Positions 1 to 8,539 of a stretch of 64,000 nt of DNA are shown piece after piece (within the stretch, counting starts at the first letter, position 1; every line of letters starts with the position of its first letter). The position numbers and the translations under genes were made by a program. Source of the DNA: Candidatus Latescibacterota bacterium (GTDB taxonomy: Bacteria; Latescibacterota; UBA2968; UBA8231); assembly GCA_965205655.1 (NCBI GenBank), contig CBDBIJ010000058.1:1-64000 (forward strand), given 5' to 3'. Below the pieces are notes generated by a model that was not told the origin of the DNA, searched no databases, and saw only the letters and a program-made list of their open reading frames with translations.

Positions 1-487
1 ACAGCGGGCACGCACATCAACCCGGCAGTCAGCTTCGGACTGTGGATCGCCGGCGAGATGGAGTTCGGCAAAACCATCGTCTACTGGATCGCACAAGCGA
101 TAGGTGGCGTCATCGGCGGCGCCGCGTTGTACTGGATGTTGGGAGGAGCGGAATCCGGACTCGGAGCGACGGTGCTGGCGGAGAACGTGTCTCCGGCTAA
201 AGGGCTCGTCCTCGAGGCCGTACTCACCTTCTTCCTCGTCAACACGATCATGAATACGGCCGTGAGTGGAAAGGCCGGTAACCTGGCGCCGATTCCCATC
301 GGTCTCACCCTCGTCTTCTGCATCATGATGGGCGGCCCGCTCACCGGCGCGTCGCTAAATCCGGCCCGGACCCTGGGGCCGGCACTGTTCTCGGGTACGA
401 TGGATTTGTTCTGGCTCCTACCTGGTGGGCACCTTCATCGGGGCAGCGGTGGCGGCGCTGCTGTACCGGGGACCTTTCAAGGAGTAG
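1..487 (+). CDS. MIP/aquaporin family channel, 5'-truncated by the window, with an apparent +1 frameshift near 417
   Basis: Frame 1 from base 1 reads TAGTHINPAVSFG (first NPA box) and later GASLNPARTLGPAL (second NPA box). Removing one C at ctcctac restores FWLYLVGTFIGAAVAALLY...KE-stop (TAG 485-487). Confidence 0.9.
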
Positions 488-513
488 AACAGCCACAATC
501 CAGACTCTGTTTC

Positions 514-546
514 GGCGGTCCTTCCATCAGGAGGGCCGTTTTTTTT
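514..546 (+). terminator. Intrinsic terminator after the aquaporin gene
   Basis: GGCGGTCCTTC-CATCA-GGAGGGCCGTT stem with G-U pairs, running into a T tract. Confidence 0.7.
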
Positions 547-566
547 CTGCCAAGCAGTTAACGACA

Positions 567-992
567 ATGGAGCAGATGAAAGCGATCCAGCGGGTGCTCT
601 TTCTGTGCACGGGAAACTCCTGTCGCAGCCAGATGGCGGAAGGGCTTCTCCGATCGATCAGCGGCGGTTCGGTCGAGGCCCACAGCGCGGGAACGGAACC
701 GACGGGGCTGAATCCTCTCGCCGTTCGGGTCATGTCCGAGATCGACATCGACATCTCGGCACAGATATCCGAGAATGTGGAGCACTACGCCGACGAGGAT
801 TTCGACTGCGTTATCACCGTGTGCGATCGCGCGCGCGTGACCTGTCCCGTATTTCCCGGCGGCGAGCAACTTCACTGGAGCTTCGACGATCCGGCGGAAG
901 CGAAGGGTTCGGAGGAGCAGCGGCTGCCCGTGTTTCGGCGCGTGCGCGACGAGATCAGGACGCACATTGAGGAGTTCGCGCATCGTCAGTAG
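567..992 (+). CDS. arsC: Arsenate reductase, LMW-PTP fold, thioredoxin type
   Basis: P-loop CTGNSCRSQMAE, downstream cysteine pair TVCD...TCP, and HWSFDDP motif. Confidence 0.88.
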   Translation: MEQMKAIQRVLFLCTGNSCRSQMAEGLLRSISGGSVEAHSAGTEPTGLNPLAVRVMSEIDIDISAQISENVEHYADEDFDCVITVCDRARVTCPVFPGGEQLHWSFDDPAEAKGSEEQRLPVFRRVRDEIRTHIEEFAHRQ

Positions 993-1013
993 AAGCGCCG
1001 CTGCCCAATCTCG

Positions 1014-1042
1014 TTGACACTGACACCGGCCACTTCTACCTT
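1014..1042 (+). promoter_or_regulatory. sigma70-type promoter
   Basis: TTGACA (1014-1019), 17-nt spacer, TACCTT (1037-1042). AAGGAG RBS precedes ATG 1092. Confidence 0.6.
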
Positions 1043-1091
1043 ACGCGTCCCTTCGGATCGCGAGTAGACTCACCAGCAAAGGAGAGCGAGC

Positions 1092-2117
1092 ATGCCGCTG
1101 CGCATCGGTATCGTCGGCGCGGGCGCCAACACGAAAAGCCGCCACATTCCAGGTTTCCAGAAGATCGAGGGGGTGGAAGTCACGGCGGTGTGCAATCGCA
1201 GTCGCGAGTCCGGCCAGAAGGCGGCCGACGAATTCGGCATTGCCAATGTCTACGACGACTGGAAGGAGGTCGTCCACGCCGACGAGGTCGACGCCGTGTG
1301 CGTCGGTACGTGGCCGTACCTGCACTGCGCCATCACACTCGAGACTCTGGCGGCGGACAAACACATTCTCACAGAAGCGCGGATGGCGATGAACCTGGCC
1401 GAGGCGCGGCAGATGTACGCGGCATCTCAGGCCAGCGACAAGGTGGCCATGATCGTGCCGGCGCCGTTCTACCTCGAGACGGAAAAGGTGCTGCGGCAAA
1501 TGGTCGCAGACGGCATCTTCGGAGACTTCCTCGAGATCAACGTCAATGCTCTGGGTGGTCAGTACGATACGAAGACGCCCCTGCACTGGCGCCAGAGGCG
1601 TGACCTGTCGGGCAACAACATCATGGCGATGGGCATCTTCAACGAGGCCGTGAGGCGCTACGCAGGTCACGAGGCAGCCGTGATGGCCCACGCCACCACC
1701 TTCACCGGCGAGAGGACCGACGGTGAGAGCGGCAAGCAAAGGACCGTCGATGTGCCCGAGAGCCTCGGCGTCCTCGCCAGGATGGAGAGCGGTGCCACTG
1801 CCGTTTACCACATCAGCAGCGTCGCCCGTCTCGGTTGCGACGGCGACATCGAGATGCACGGCACCGAGGGAGCGTTCAAGCTCCAGGGCGGTAAGGCCTG
1901 GGTGGCCGGCGACGGCGACGGCGAGTTCCGCGAGCTCGAGGTGGGCGAGGCGGACCGGGGTGGCTGGCGGGTGGAGGAAGACTTCGTCGACGCGATTCGC
2001 GAGGGGGCGGCGGTCACGCACACGAACTTCGCCGACGGCGTCAAGTACATGGAGTTCACGGAGGCCGTCCAGATCAGTTTATCCGAGGGACGCCGGGTAG
2101 AGCTTCCGCTCGACTGA
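1092..2117 (+). CDS. Gfo/Idh/MocA family oxidoreductase
   Basis: N-terminal RIGIVGAG Rossmann motif, DAVCVGTWPYLH, and KHILTEARMA (variant of EKP). Confidence 0.88.
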   Translation: MPLRIGIVGAGANTKSRHIPGFQKIEGVEVTAVCNRSRESGQKAADEFGIANVYDDWKEVVHADEVDAVCVGTWPYLHCAITLETLAADKHILTEARMAMNLAEARQMYAASQASDKVAMIVPAPFYLETEKVLRQMVADGIFGDFLEINVNALGGQYDTKTPLHWRQRRDLSGNNIMAMGIFNEAVRRYAGHEAAVMAHATTFTGERTDGESGKQRTVDVPESLGVLARMESGATAVYHISSVARLGCDGDIEMHGTEGAFKLQGGKAWVAGDGDGEFRELEVGEADRGGWRVEEDFVDAIREGAAVTHTNFADGVKYMEFTEAVQISLSEGRRVELPLD

Positions 2118-2246
2118 TCCTCTCATCTCCTTACCTCACTACAGATCGCATCGACGGTCATCCCAGGCGGGGTATCCACAGACCGCGGCGCTGGAAAAGC
2201 TCGAAACGGCGTTGGGGAAACAGCGGCGGGATTTGGGACGGCCGAG

Positions 2247-2268
2247 GGAGCCCGTTGTCAACGGCTCC
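2247..2268. terminator. Hairpin between convergent genes, abutting the guaB stop
   Basis: GGAGCC-C-GTTG-T-CAAC-GGCTCC inverted repeat with no U tract. Confidence 0.3.
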
Positions 2269-3746
2269 TACAGAATTTGCTGGTCGATATTCGTTGGAAC
2301 CATGTCGTGGACGTCGCTGTCCCTCATGGCAGTGGGGGACTGCATCTCGAGCACGGACTTGTCGTGAAGCTCGTCGATGGAGCGGCAACCCGCCGTCGCC
2401 ATAGTGGCCTTCACGATCTGCAACGCGAGCGGCAGCTTGTCGTAGATGGAGCCGAGGTGCGGTACGTAGCCGGCGATGCCCTCTTCGAAGAATAGATCCT
2501 TGAGCTGGGCGTAGCGGCGGGTGTTGCGGGCTTTGGTACTCCCCTCCATCCAGTACTCCTTGACGATCTCACCGCCGGCGTTGCGGACGAGATTGCCGGC
2601 GCTCTCCGTGTAGCGGGCGAAGAAGTTGCCCATCATGATGGCGTCGGCGCCCAGCGCCAGGGCGACCGACATTTCCGCCGGGGTGGAGATGCCCCCGTCG
2701 CCGATCAGGGGAACGTATCGGCCGGCGCCGGCGAGCTTGTCCCGCGCGCGGCTCACTTCCATGAGTGTCGTCGCCTGTCCGCGTCCGGTCGCCTTGACCT
2801 CCTGGGTCGTGCAGCCCGAGCCGATGCCCATTCCGACCTTGATTGCGTCGGCGCCGGCGTCGGCGAGGAACTCGAATCCCTTCGACGTGACGACATTTCC
2901 ACCGACGACGGGTACTTCGTATTTCGATTTGATCCACTCGAGCATCTGGCGCTGGAAGTGGGTGTGGCCGTCGGATGCGTCGATGACGAGGACATCCACC
3001 TCGCGCTCGACGAGACACTGGACTCTCTCTCTGTCCTCGGGGTGGGTGGACACCGCGGCCCCCACGAGGAGGCGCTTGTGTTCGTCGATGGACTCGTTCG
3101 GGTGCTTGAGGTGTTTGTCGAGATCTTTCTTGAAGACGACGGACTGGAGCGTCCCTTCGCTGTCGATGATCGGCAGGAAGCCCCGGCCGTACTTGATCAT
3201 GAGCTGGTTGGCTTGCTTGAGGTCGTCGATGTTCACACCGGCCTGCACGTCGGTACGCATCCGCTCTTCCACCTGGCAGGCGTGGTCGCGACGCACATCG
3301 AAGTCCTTGTCGGTGATGATGCCGAGAAGCTTGCCGTGAAAAACACCGCTGTCGGTTACCGGGAAAGTGGAGTACCCGGTCTGCCCCATGATCTCGATCA
3401 CGGTGCCGATCGTCTGCCGCGGCGACAGGGTCTTGATGTTGGTCTGGAACCCGGCTTTGAACCGCTTGACCCCGTCGATCTTGCCGGACTGCTCTTCGAT
3501 GGTCTGGCTCGCCGGCAGGATGCCGATGCCGCCGAGCTGAGCGACGGCGACGGCCATCTCCGTCCCGGTGACCGCTTGCATCGCCGCCGACAGGAACGGG
3601 ATGTTGAGATAGAGATAGTCGTCTCTCTTGCGGCACAGCTTCGTCGTCAGATCTACATTGAGGGCATTGCCGTCCGGAGGGGTGTAACCTGGAAGAATAC
3701 GGAACTCTTTGAGGCTGAATGACAGTCTATCGAGAACCTTGGCCAT
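2268..3746 (-). CDS. guaB: IMP dehydrogenase with CBS subdomain
   Basis: IPFLSAAM, CBS pair, VIDASDG, catalytic loop KVGMGIGSGCTTQEV, GDGGI, EYWMEGS and EEGIAGYVP. Confidence 0.88.
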   Translation of the reverse strand: MAKVLDRLSFSLKEFRILPGYTPPDGNALNVDLTTKLCRKRDDYLYLNIPFLSAAMQAVTGTEMAVAVAQLGGIGILPASQTIEEQSGKIDGVKRFKAGFQTNIKTLSPRQTIGTVIEIMGQTGYSTFPVTDSGVFHGKLLGIITDKDFDVRRDHACQVEERMRTDVQAGVNIDDLKQANQLMIKYGRGFLPIIDSEGTLQSVVFKKDLDKHLKHPNESIDEHKRLLVGAAVSTHPEDRERVQCLVEREVDVLVIDASDGHTHFQRQMLEWIKSKYEVPVVGGNVVTSKGFEFLADAGADAIKVGMGIGSGCTTQEVKATGRGQATTLMEVSRARDKLAGAGRYVPLIGDGGISTPAEMSVALALGADAIMMGNFFARYTESAGNLVRNAGGEIVKEYWMEGSTKARNTRRYAQLKDLFFEEGIAGYVPHLGSIYDKLPLALQIVKATMATAGCRSIDELHDKSVLEMQSPTAMRDSDVHDMVPTNIDQQIL

Positions 3747-3780
3747 CGCGATGCAGCCATCCTCCGGGGAGAAGACGGGG

Positions 3781-3823
3781 AGTTTGAAGATGAAAATAGC
3801 GTATTCCCTATTTTGTTCAAACT
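3781..3823. promoter_or_regulatory. AT-rich interrupted inverted repeat in the divergent guaB/ytxH-like intergenic region
   Basis: AGTTTGAA-gatg-AAAATAG-cgtattcc-CTATTTT-g-TTCAAACT. Confidence 0.55.
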
Positions 3824-3923
3824 TCAGCCACGTATATTAATACTTCACAGAGGTATTTCAGCAGCAACGACAGCGCCGCGCATCGCCAGTGGTCACAGCG
3901 CCGCAGGCGCTCAGGAGGTATCG

Positions 3924-4175
3924 ATGCCGTACAGCAGACACCATCATTCCGGTTCGAACGGGCAGCTCATCGGGTTTCTTGCCGGTTGCTTCGCTGGCAT
4001 GGTTATCGGGGGCGTCCTCGGCGTGTTGATGGCGCCGCATCGAGGTGACATAACCAGGCGCAAGGTGGTCCGCAAGGCGGGAGAAGCCAGGAATGACGTG
4101 GTGGGGAAGGTCGAGGATCTGATGGTTCACCGACGAGAAGACGAGAACGGCGATGACGAAGAAGAAGATAGCTGA
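3924..4175 (+). CDS. YtxH-like small protein
   Basis: AGGAGG RBS before ATG 3924. FLAGCFAGMVIGGVLGVLMAPHRGDITRRK matches the YtxH-type N-terminal pattern. Confidence 0.75.
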   Translation: MPYSRHHHSGSNGQLIGFLAGCFAGMVIGGVLGVLMAPHRGDITRRKVVRKAGEARNDVVGKVEDLMVHRREDENGDDEEEDS

Positions 4176-4482
4176 GACACTGAGGGAGCGACTCGCCGAT
4201 ATGGCCGACCGCGGACGCGTGCTCGGCAAGGCCCTGAAGGTGCGAGCCGACCTCGCCGCCACGCGCCGCCGGCTGCGGACGACATTCGCGGAGCTGGGCG
4301 AGGAGGTCTACGCGCGACTCAAAGATGGTGACATGAACGCCGACATCACGCTCGGCTCGCTAAAGGAACGCATCGACGGGTTCAAGGCAGAGGTACGCAT
4401 GAAAGAGGACGAGTTGCGCGAGATCATGCAGAGCGGCCTCAAAGGGACCGACGGCGGGGCACAGAAGTGGCACGCTTCCTGA
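4153..4482 (+). CDS. Hypothetical coiled-coil protein
   Basis: 109-aa helical charged ORF overlapping the upstream gene. Confidence 0.7.
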   Translation: MTKKKIAETLRERLADMADRGRVLGKALKVRADLAATRRRLRTTFAELGEEVYARLKDGDMNADITLGSLKERIDGFKAEVRMKEDELREIMQSGLKGTDGGAQKWHAS

Positions 4483-4562
4483 TAGGATTGCTCATGGGCA
4501 TGTTCGCCGGGCTGCTGCTGTTCAGCTCGCTGCTGGAACGGGTCGACGCGGTCGAGGATTGA
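4467..4562 (+). CDS. Putative 31-aa single-pass membrane microprotein (below the ORF-track cutoff)
   Basis: GTG 4467 to TGA 4560-4562 gives MARFLIGLLMGMFAGLLLFSSLLERVDAVED. It overlaps the upstream stop and fills the gap to rdgB. Confidence 0.5.
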   Translation: MARFLIGLLMGMFAGLLLFSSLLERVDAVED

Positions 4563-4566
4563 AACG

Positions 4567-5169
4567 CTAGAAGAGTTCCGGGAAGGTCTCTCGCAAGGGC
4601 TCCCTGATCGCCTCGATCGCTCTGGCGCGATGGCTGATGCGGTTCTTTGCTGCGGCCGGCAACTGGGCGATTGTCTTACCATACTCCGGCAACACAAAGA
4701 CGGGATCGTAGCCGAATCCTCCATCCCCCGCCGCCGCGAAGTTTATGTAACCGCGGCACACCCCCTCTGCCTCGCAGGATCGGCCGTCGGGTGCCACCAC
4801 CGCGAGGCAACAACGAAACTGAGCCCCCCGCTCTTCCGGCGCGGAGCACTCGCGCAGCTCGCTGAGCAGCAACTGACATCTGCCCGCATCGTCGAGGTCC
4901 GGGCCGCCGTAGCGGGCTGATCGAACCCCGGGCAATCCGCCGAGAGTGTCTACCTCGAGCCCGGAGTCGTCGGCGAGAGCGATCGTTCCCGCCGTTGCCG
5001 CGAAAGCGCGTGCCTTCAACATTGCGTTGTCGCGAAAGCTGTCTCCACACTCCTCTATCGACAGCTCGAATCCGAGCTGCGCCGGCGACTGCGTGTCGAT
5101 CGGGGCGAGGAGGCTGCGGAACTCCCTCAACTTGCCCGGGTTGGAGGTAGCGACGAGGAGGGATGTCAC
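4567..5169 (-). CDS. rdgB: Non-canonical purine NTP pyrophosphatase (HAM1 family)
   Basis: ATSNPGKLRE, ADDSGLEVD, PGVRSAR, GFGYDPVF and KNRISHRARA motifs. Confidence 0.95.
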   Translation of the reverse strand: MTSLLVATSNPGKLREFRSLLAPIDTQSPAQLGFELSIEECGDSFRDNAMLKARAFAATAGTIALADDSGLEVDTLGGLPGVRSARYGGPDLDDAGRCQLLLSELRECSAPEERGAQFRCCLAVVAPDGRSCEAEGVCRGYINFAAAGDGGFGYDPVFVLPEYGKTIAQLPAAAKNRISHRARAIEAIREPLRETFPELF

Positions 5170-5254
5170 GGCGATGATGGATCCAGGAGTCAGCTGAAGA
5201 AGGGGCTGTGGCCGATCGACCTGACGGCCGCAATCCAGAGTCGCCTGCAGCGGT

Positions 5255-6346
5255 TTACTGTGCAGTGCTGGCGATGGCGTCGAGTCGGTAACTGCAATAA
5301 TCCCTGAAGCGGCTGTCTTCCCTGGCTTTCAGATACCAGGCGCTGGCGTCGCTCATCTGTCCCAGCTCGGCGTAGGAATCGGCCAGCACGACCTCGGCCG
5401 GGTGGAAGTCGCGCCGCCGCCCCACGGCGACCAGTCCCGCCTTCACGGCGCGCCGGTACTCACCGGTGCCATAATAGCTCTGCGCCAGGCGGTAGTGCGC
5501 CTCGGCGTTGTCGCTATCCAGGTCGATTGCTCGCCGCAGCGGCTCTTCGGCTTCGTGATACCTCTGCAGCTGGTTGAGTGCGTACCCGAGCAACAGATGT
5601 CCGTCGGCGTAAGAGGGATCGATGGCAACGACTCGTCCCAGCGTTGCCGCCGCGGCATCGAACGCCCCGGTTGCGAGCTGAACGCGAGCCAGGCCCGCGC
5701 GCGCATCAATGTAGGTGGAATCAATAGTGATGGCCTTCTCGTAGGTCCGTGCGGCGAGGCCAAACTCGCGTTCCCGACGCTGGATATCGCCGAGTGATTT
5801 GTATGGCTTGAGGTAGTTCGGGTCGATCTGAAGAGCGCGCTCGAACGCAGTGCGGGCGGCCTCGTTTTCGTGAAGCTTGGTGTAGCACAACCCGACGTTG
5901 TAGTGGATGTGGGCATCGTCGGGTTTGGCCCCGAGTGACTTTTCGAAGGCGGCAACAGCTTCGCGAAACTTGCGCTCTTTGAATGATTTCAACCCCCATT
6001 TGGAGTACGCGTCCGCTAGAAGATCCGGAATGCGTGCCTGGAGATGTTCGTCTGAGACACCGAGCACACCGGCCGTTTCGAAGGCCCGAATGGCGCGGTC
6101 GAACTGGCTCAGGGTCTTGTAGGCCCCGGCCAGCGCGAAGTGCGCGTCGCCGTAGGTCGAGTCGGCGGCAACCGCCTGCTCAAACGCGGCCGCCGCGCCG
6201 CGATAATCTCGCATCTGCCGCAGCTGCCGACCGTTTTCGTAATGTTTGACTGCCTCAGTGAGCGGCTCAGAGCCGACACCGCATGGGAGCAGAAGGCAGA
6301 CTGCCGCCACGAGAAAGCGGACCGAGGCGACAAAAGCACCGGGCAT
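5255..6346 (-). CDS. Exported tetratricopeptide repeat protein
   Basis: Hydrophobic N-terminal signal followed by multiple ~34-aa TPR-pattern units. Confidence 0.85.
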   Translation of the reverse strand: MPGAFVASVRFLVAAVCLLLPCGVGSEPLTEAVKHYENGRQLRQMRDYRGAAAAFEQAVAADSTYGDAHFALAGAYKTLSQFDRAIRAFETAGVLGVSDEHLQARIPDLLADAYSKWGLKSFKERKFREAVAAFEKSLGAKPDDAHIHYNVGLCYTKLHENEAARTAFERALQIDPNYLKPYKSLGDIQRREREFGLAARTYEKAITIDSTYIDARAGLARVQLATGAFDAAAATLGRVVAIDPSYADGHLLLGYALNQLQRYHEAEEPLRRAIDLDSDNAEAHYRLAQSYYGTGEYRRAVKAGLVAVGRRRDFHPAEVVLADSYAELGQMSDASAWYLKAREDSRFRDYCSYRLDAIASTAQ

Positions 6347-6647
6347 GGATCAGCCTTTCATGAACGGGTCGCAGCGCATCGATCTACGCGCCCCATTGTC
6401 AAGGTGCCACTGCGACTCCTAGAATTAAGGAGAATCGCGAGGCTGCAAGATACCGTGTCGGCCCCGCGAGCGGAACCCCCAGCGGCCTCTGTGCAGATGG
6501 ACGGAATTTTCACAATGGTCTATATTTACAGCCAATTGCGTGCAGTTGCGAAATTCGTATTAGGCCGCACAAACCGCTCCGCATCCGCGCTGGCAGACGC
6601 TTTCGACTCGCCTACCTGGCGTCCCTCAGCGCCGCGCTGAAATCGCC

Positions 6648-7592
6648 ATGACATCCGCGTCGCCGCGACAGATCCCACACGTCGGGACCATTTCGACGAT
6701 CGTTGCGCTGACGACTGTCGCCGCTCTGACGGCGACATCGCAAGGCTGCTCGCGGCCTTCGCCCGAGCCGTACATCGCATTGCTGAAGAGCATGCAATCA
6801 GCGCAGCGCGAGAAGGCCGCCGGCAAGCTGCTCAAGTACGGCGACGAGGTCGTGCCGCGGCTCATCGAAGAGGCTGATTCTGAGTACACCCGGGTGCGCT
6901 TCGAAGTTGTCAGACTCATGGGGCGGATCAGGGATCCGCGGGCGGTGCCGACTCTCATCAGAGCTCTCGATGACAAGTCGGCGAAGGTGGCCGCCCTGGC
7001 GGCGTGGGGACTGGGCGAACTCAAGGCGCCCGAGGCGCTGCCCCACCTGCTCCGCTACACGAGGGAGGTCTCGACGGATCTGCGCGCCGAGGTTATCCGG
7101 GCGCTCGGCTTCTGCTACGCCGGTCCGGACACGGTGAGCGAGGCGAACGCCGATTCGGCCTACGCCTCAATACGGAAAGCCCTCGAGGACGCACAGCCGA
7201 AGGTGAGAATAGCGGCGCTGCAGGCCAGTAGGCAGTTCGGCTACCGCGATGTCGCTCTCGACGTCATTCGCCGATCGCGCGACGAGTCGGCCGAGGTCCG
7301 CTACGTGGCGGTCCAGGCACTGGGACAGATTGCCATCGGCAGAACGCCGCGATCGATCGGGCCCGTGGAGGACCAGATGCGCGACAAGATTGTAGAGGCG
7401 CTGCTGCTGTCGCTCTATGAGCCAATGCAGAGCATCAGAACGAAGGCGATCCGCTCTCTGGAGTTGATCGGCGCCCCGGAAGCGACGCCTCAACTGGAAA
7501 AGCTGAAAGCCAGCGGCACTGACGAAGACCGCAGGGAAGCAGGGCGGATCCTGGACAAGCTGCAGTCCGAACGGCTGCAGGCTGCTTCGTAA
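6648..7592 (+). CDS. HEAT/PBS-lyase repeat protein, probable lipoprotein
   Basis: Repeats such as AVPTLIRALDD...AAWGLG and VRYVAVQALG. Signal region ends in SQGC. Confidence 0.8.
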   Translation: MTSASPRQIPHVGTISTIVALTTVAALTATSQGCSRPSPEPYIALLKSMQSAQREKAAGKLLKYGDEVVPRLIEEADSEYTRVRFEVVRLMGRIRDPRAVPTLIRALDDKSAKVAALAAWGLGELKAPEALPHLLRYTREVSTDLRAEVIRALGFCYAGPDTVSEANADSAYASIRKALEDAQPKVRIAALQASRQFGYRDVALDVIRRSRDESAEVRYVAVQALGQIAIGRTPRSIGPVEDQMRDKIVEALLLSLYEPMQSIRTKAIRSLELIGAPEATPQLEKLKASGTDEDRREAGRILDKLQSERLQAAS

Positions 7593-7653
7593 CACACGTG
7601 CGATTGGATTGATCCGATCAACGACACAGATGTCATATAGCGAGGGTACAAAC

Positions 7654-8526
7654 GTGCTGAAAATCGGTCTCCCCTCGGGCAGCCTCCAGGAGGCCACCTT
7701 CAAACTGTTCGAGAGAGCCGGCTACAAGATCCGGCTGGCGTCGCGGTCCTACGCACCGGAGTTCGACGACCCGGAGCTGGAGGGTCTCATGTTCCGGGCT
7801 CAGGAAATCGCCCAGTACGTCGAGCGCGGCGTCCTCGACGTGGGGATCACCGGTAAGGACTGCATTCTGGAAAGCGACGCGGATGTCGTCGAGGTGGCCG
7901 AACTGCTCTACAGCAAGTCGACGTCCAGACCGATTCGATGGGTCATTGCCGTGCCAGAGGATTCGCAGATACGGAGTCTCCGGGATCTGCAGGGCAAGCG
8001 CATCGCCAGTGAGCTCGTGCAGGGGACCCGACGCTTTCTGGCCGAAAGGGGAATCGAAGCGGACGTCGAGTTTTCCTGGGGAGCCACCGAAGTAAAAGCC
8101 GGAATCCCCGGAATCGCCGATGCCATCGTCGACCGCACCGAGACCGGCTCTTCCCTGCGCGCCAACCGCCTGCGGATCGTCGAGACCATGTTCGAGTCGA
8201 CGACCCGGTTCATCGCCAACAAACAGTCGTGGGAGGATTCCTGGAAGCGACAGAAGGCGCAGAGCTTGATCACCCTGCTGATTGGCGCTTTGGAGGCGGA
8301 ATCGAAGGTGGGGTTGAAGATGAACGTGCCCCGAGAGAAGTTGGACGACGTCATGGAAAGCCTGCCCGCCCTGCACACGCCGACAATTTCCAGTCAGACC
8401 GATGAAGACTGGGTCGCCGTCGAGATCGTGGCGGACGAGAAGATCGTGCGCGATCTGATCCCCCAGCTCAAGCGCAGCGGCGCGGAGGGCATCATAGAGT
8501 ATCCGCTCAACAAGGTCGTCTACTGA
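7654..8526 (+). CDS. hisG: ATP phosphoribosyltransferase, long form
   Basis: LKIGLPSGSL, RAQEI, DVGITGKD, FSWGATEVK and a C-terminal regulatory domain. Start is either GTG 7654 (GAGGG RBS) or ATG 7630. Confidence 0.95.
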   Translation: MLKIGLPSGSLQEATFKLFERAGYKIRLASRSYAPEFDDPELEGLMFRAQEIAQYVERGVLDVGITGKDCILESDADVVEVAELLYSKSTSRPIRWVIAVPEDSQIRSLRDLQGKRIASELVQGTRRFLAERGIEADVEFSWGATEVKAGIPGIADAIVDRTETGSSLRANRLRIVETMFESTTRFIANKQSWEDSWKRQKAQSLITLLIGALEAESKVGLKMNVPREKLDDVMESLPALHTPTISSQTDEDWVAVEIVADEKIVRDLIPQLKRSGAEGIIEYPLNKVVY

Positions 8527-8539
8527 GGGGCCTGAGGAA

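Noticed and set aside
2172..2180. DnaA box-like GTATCCACA
   Set aside because: A single mismatched copy with no cluster or AT-rich unwinding element.
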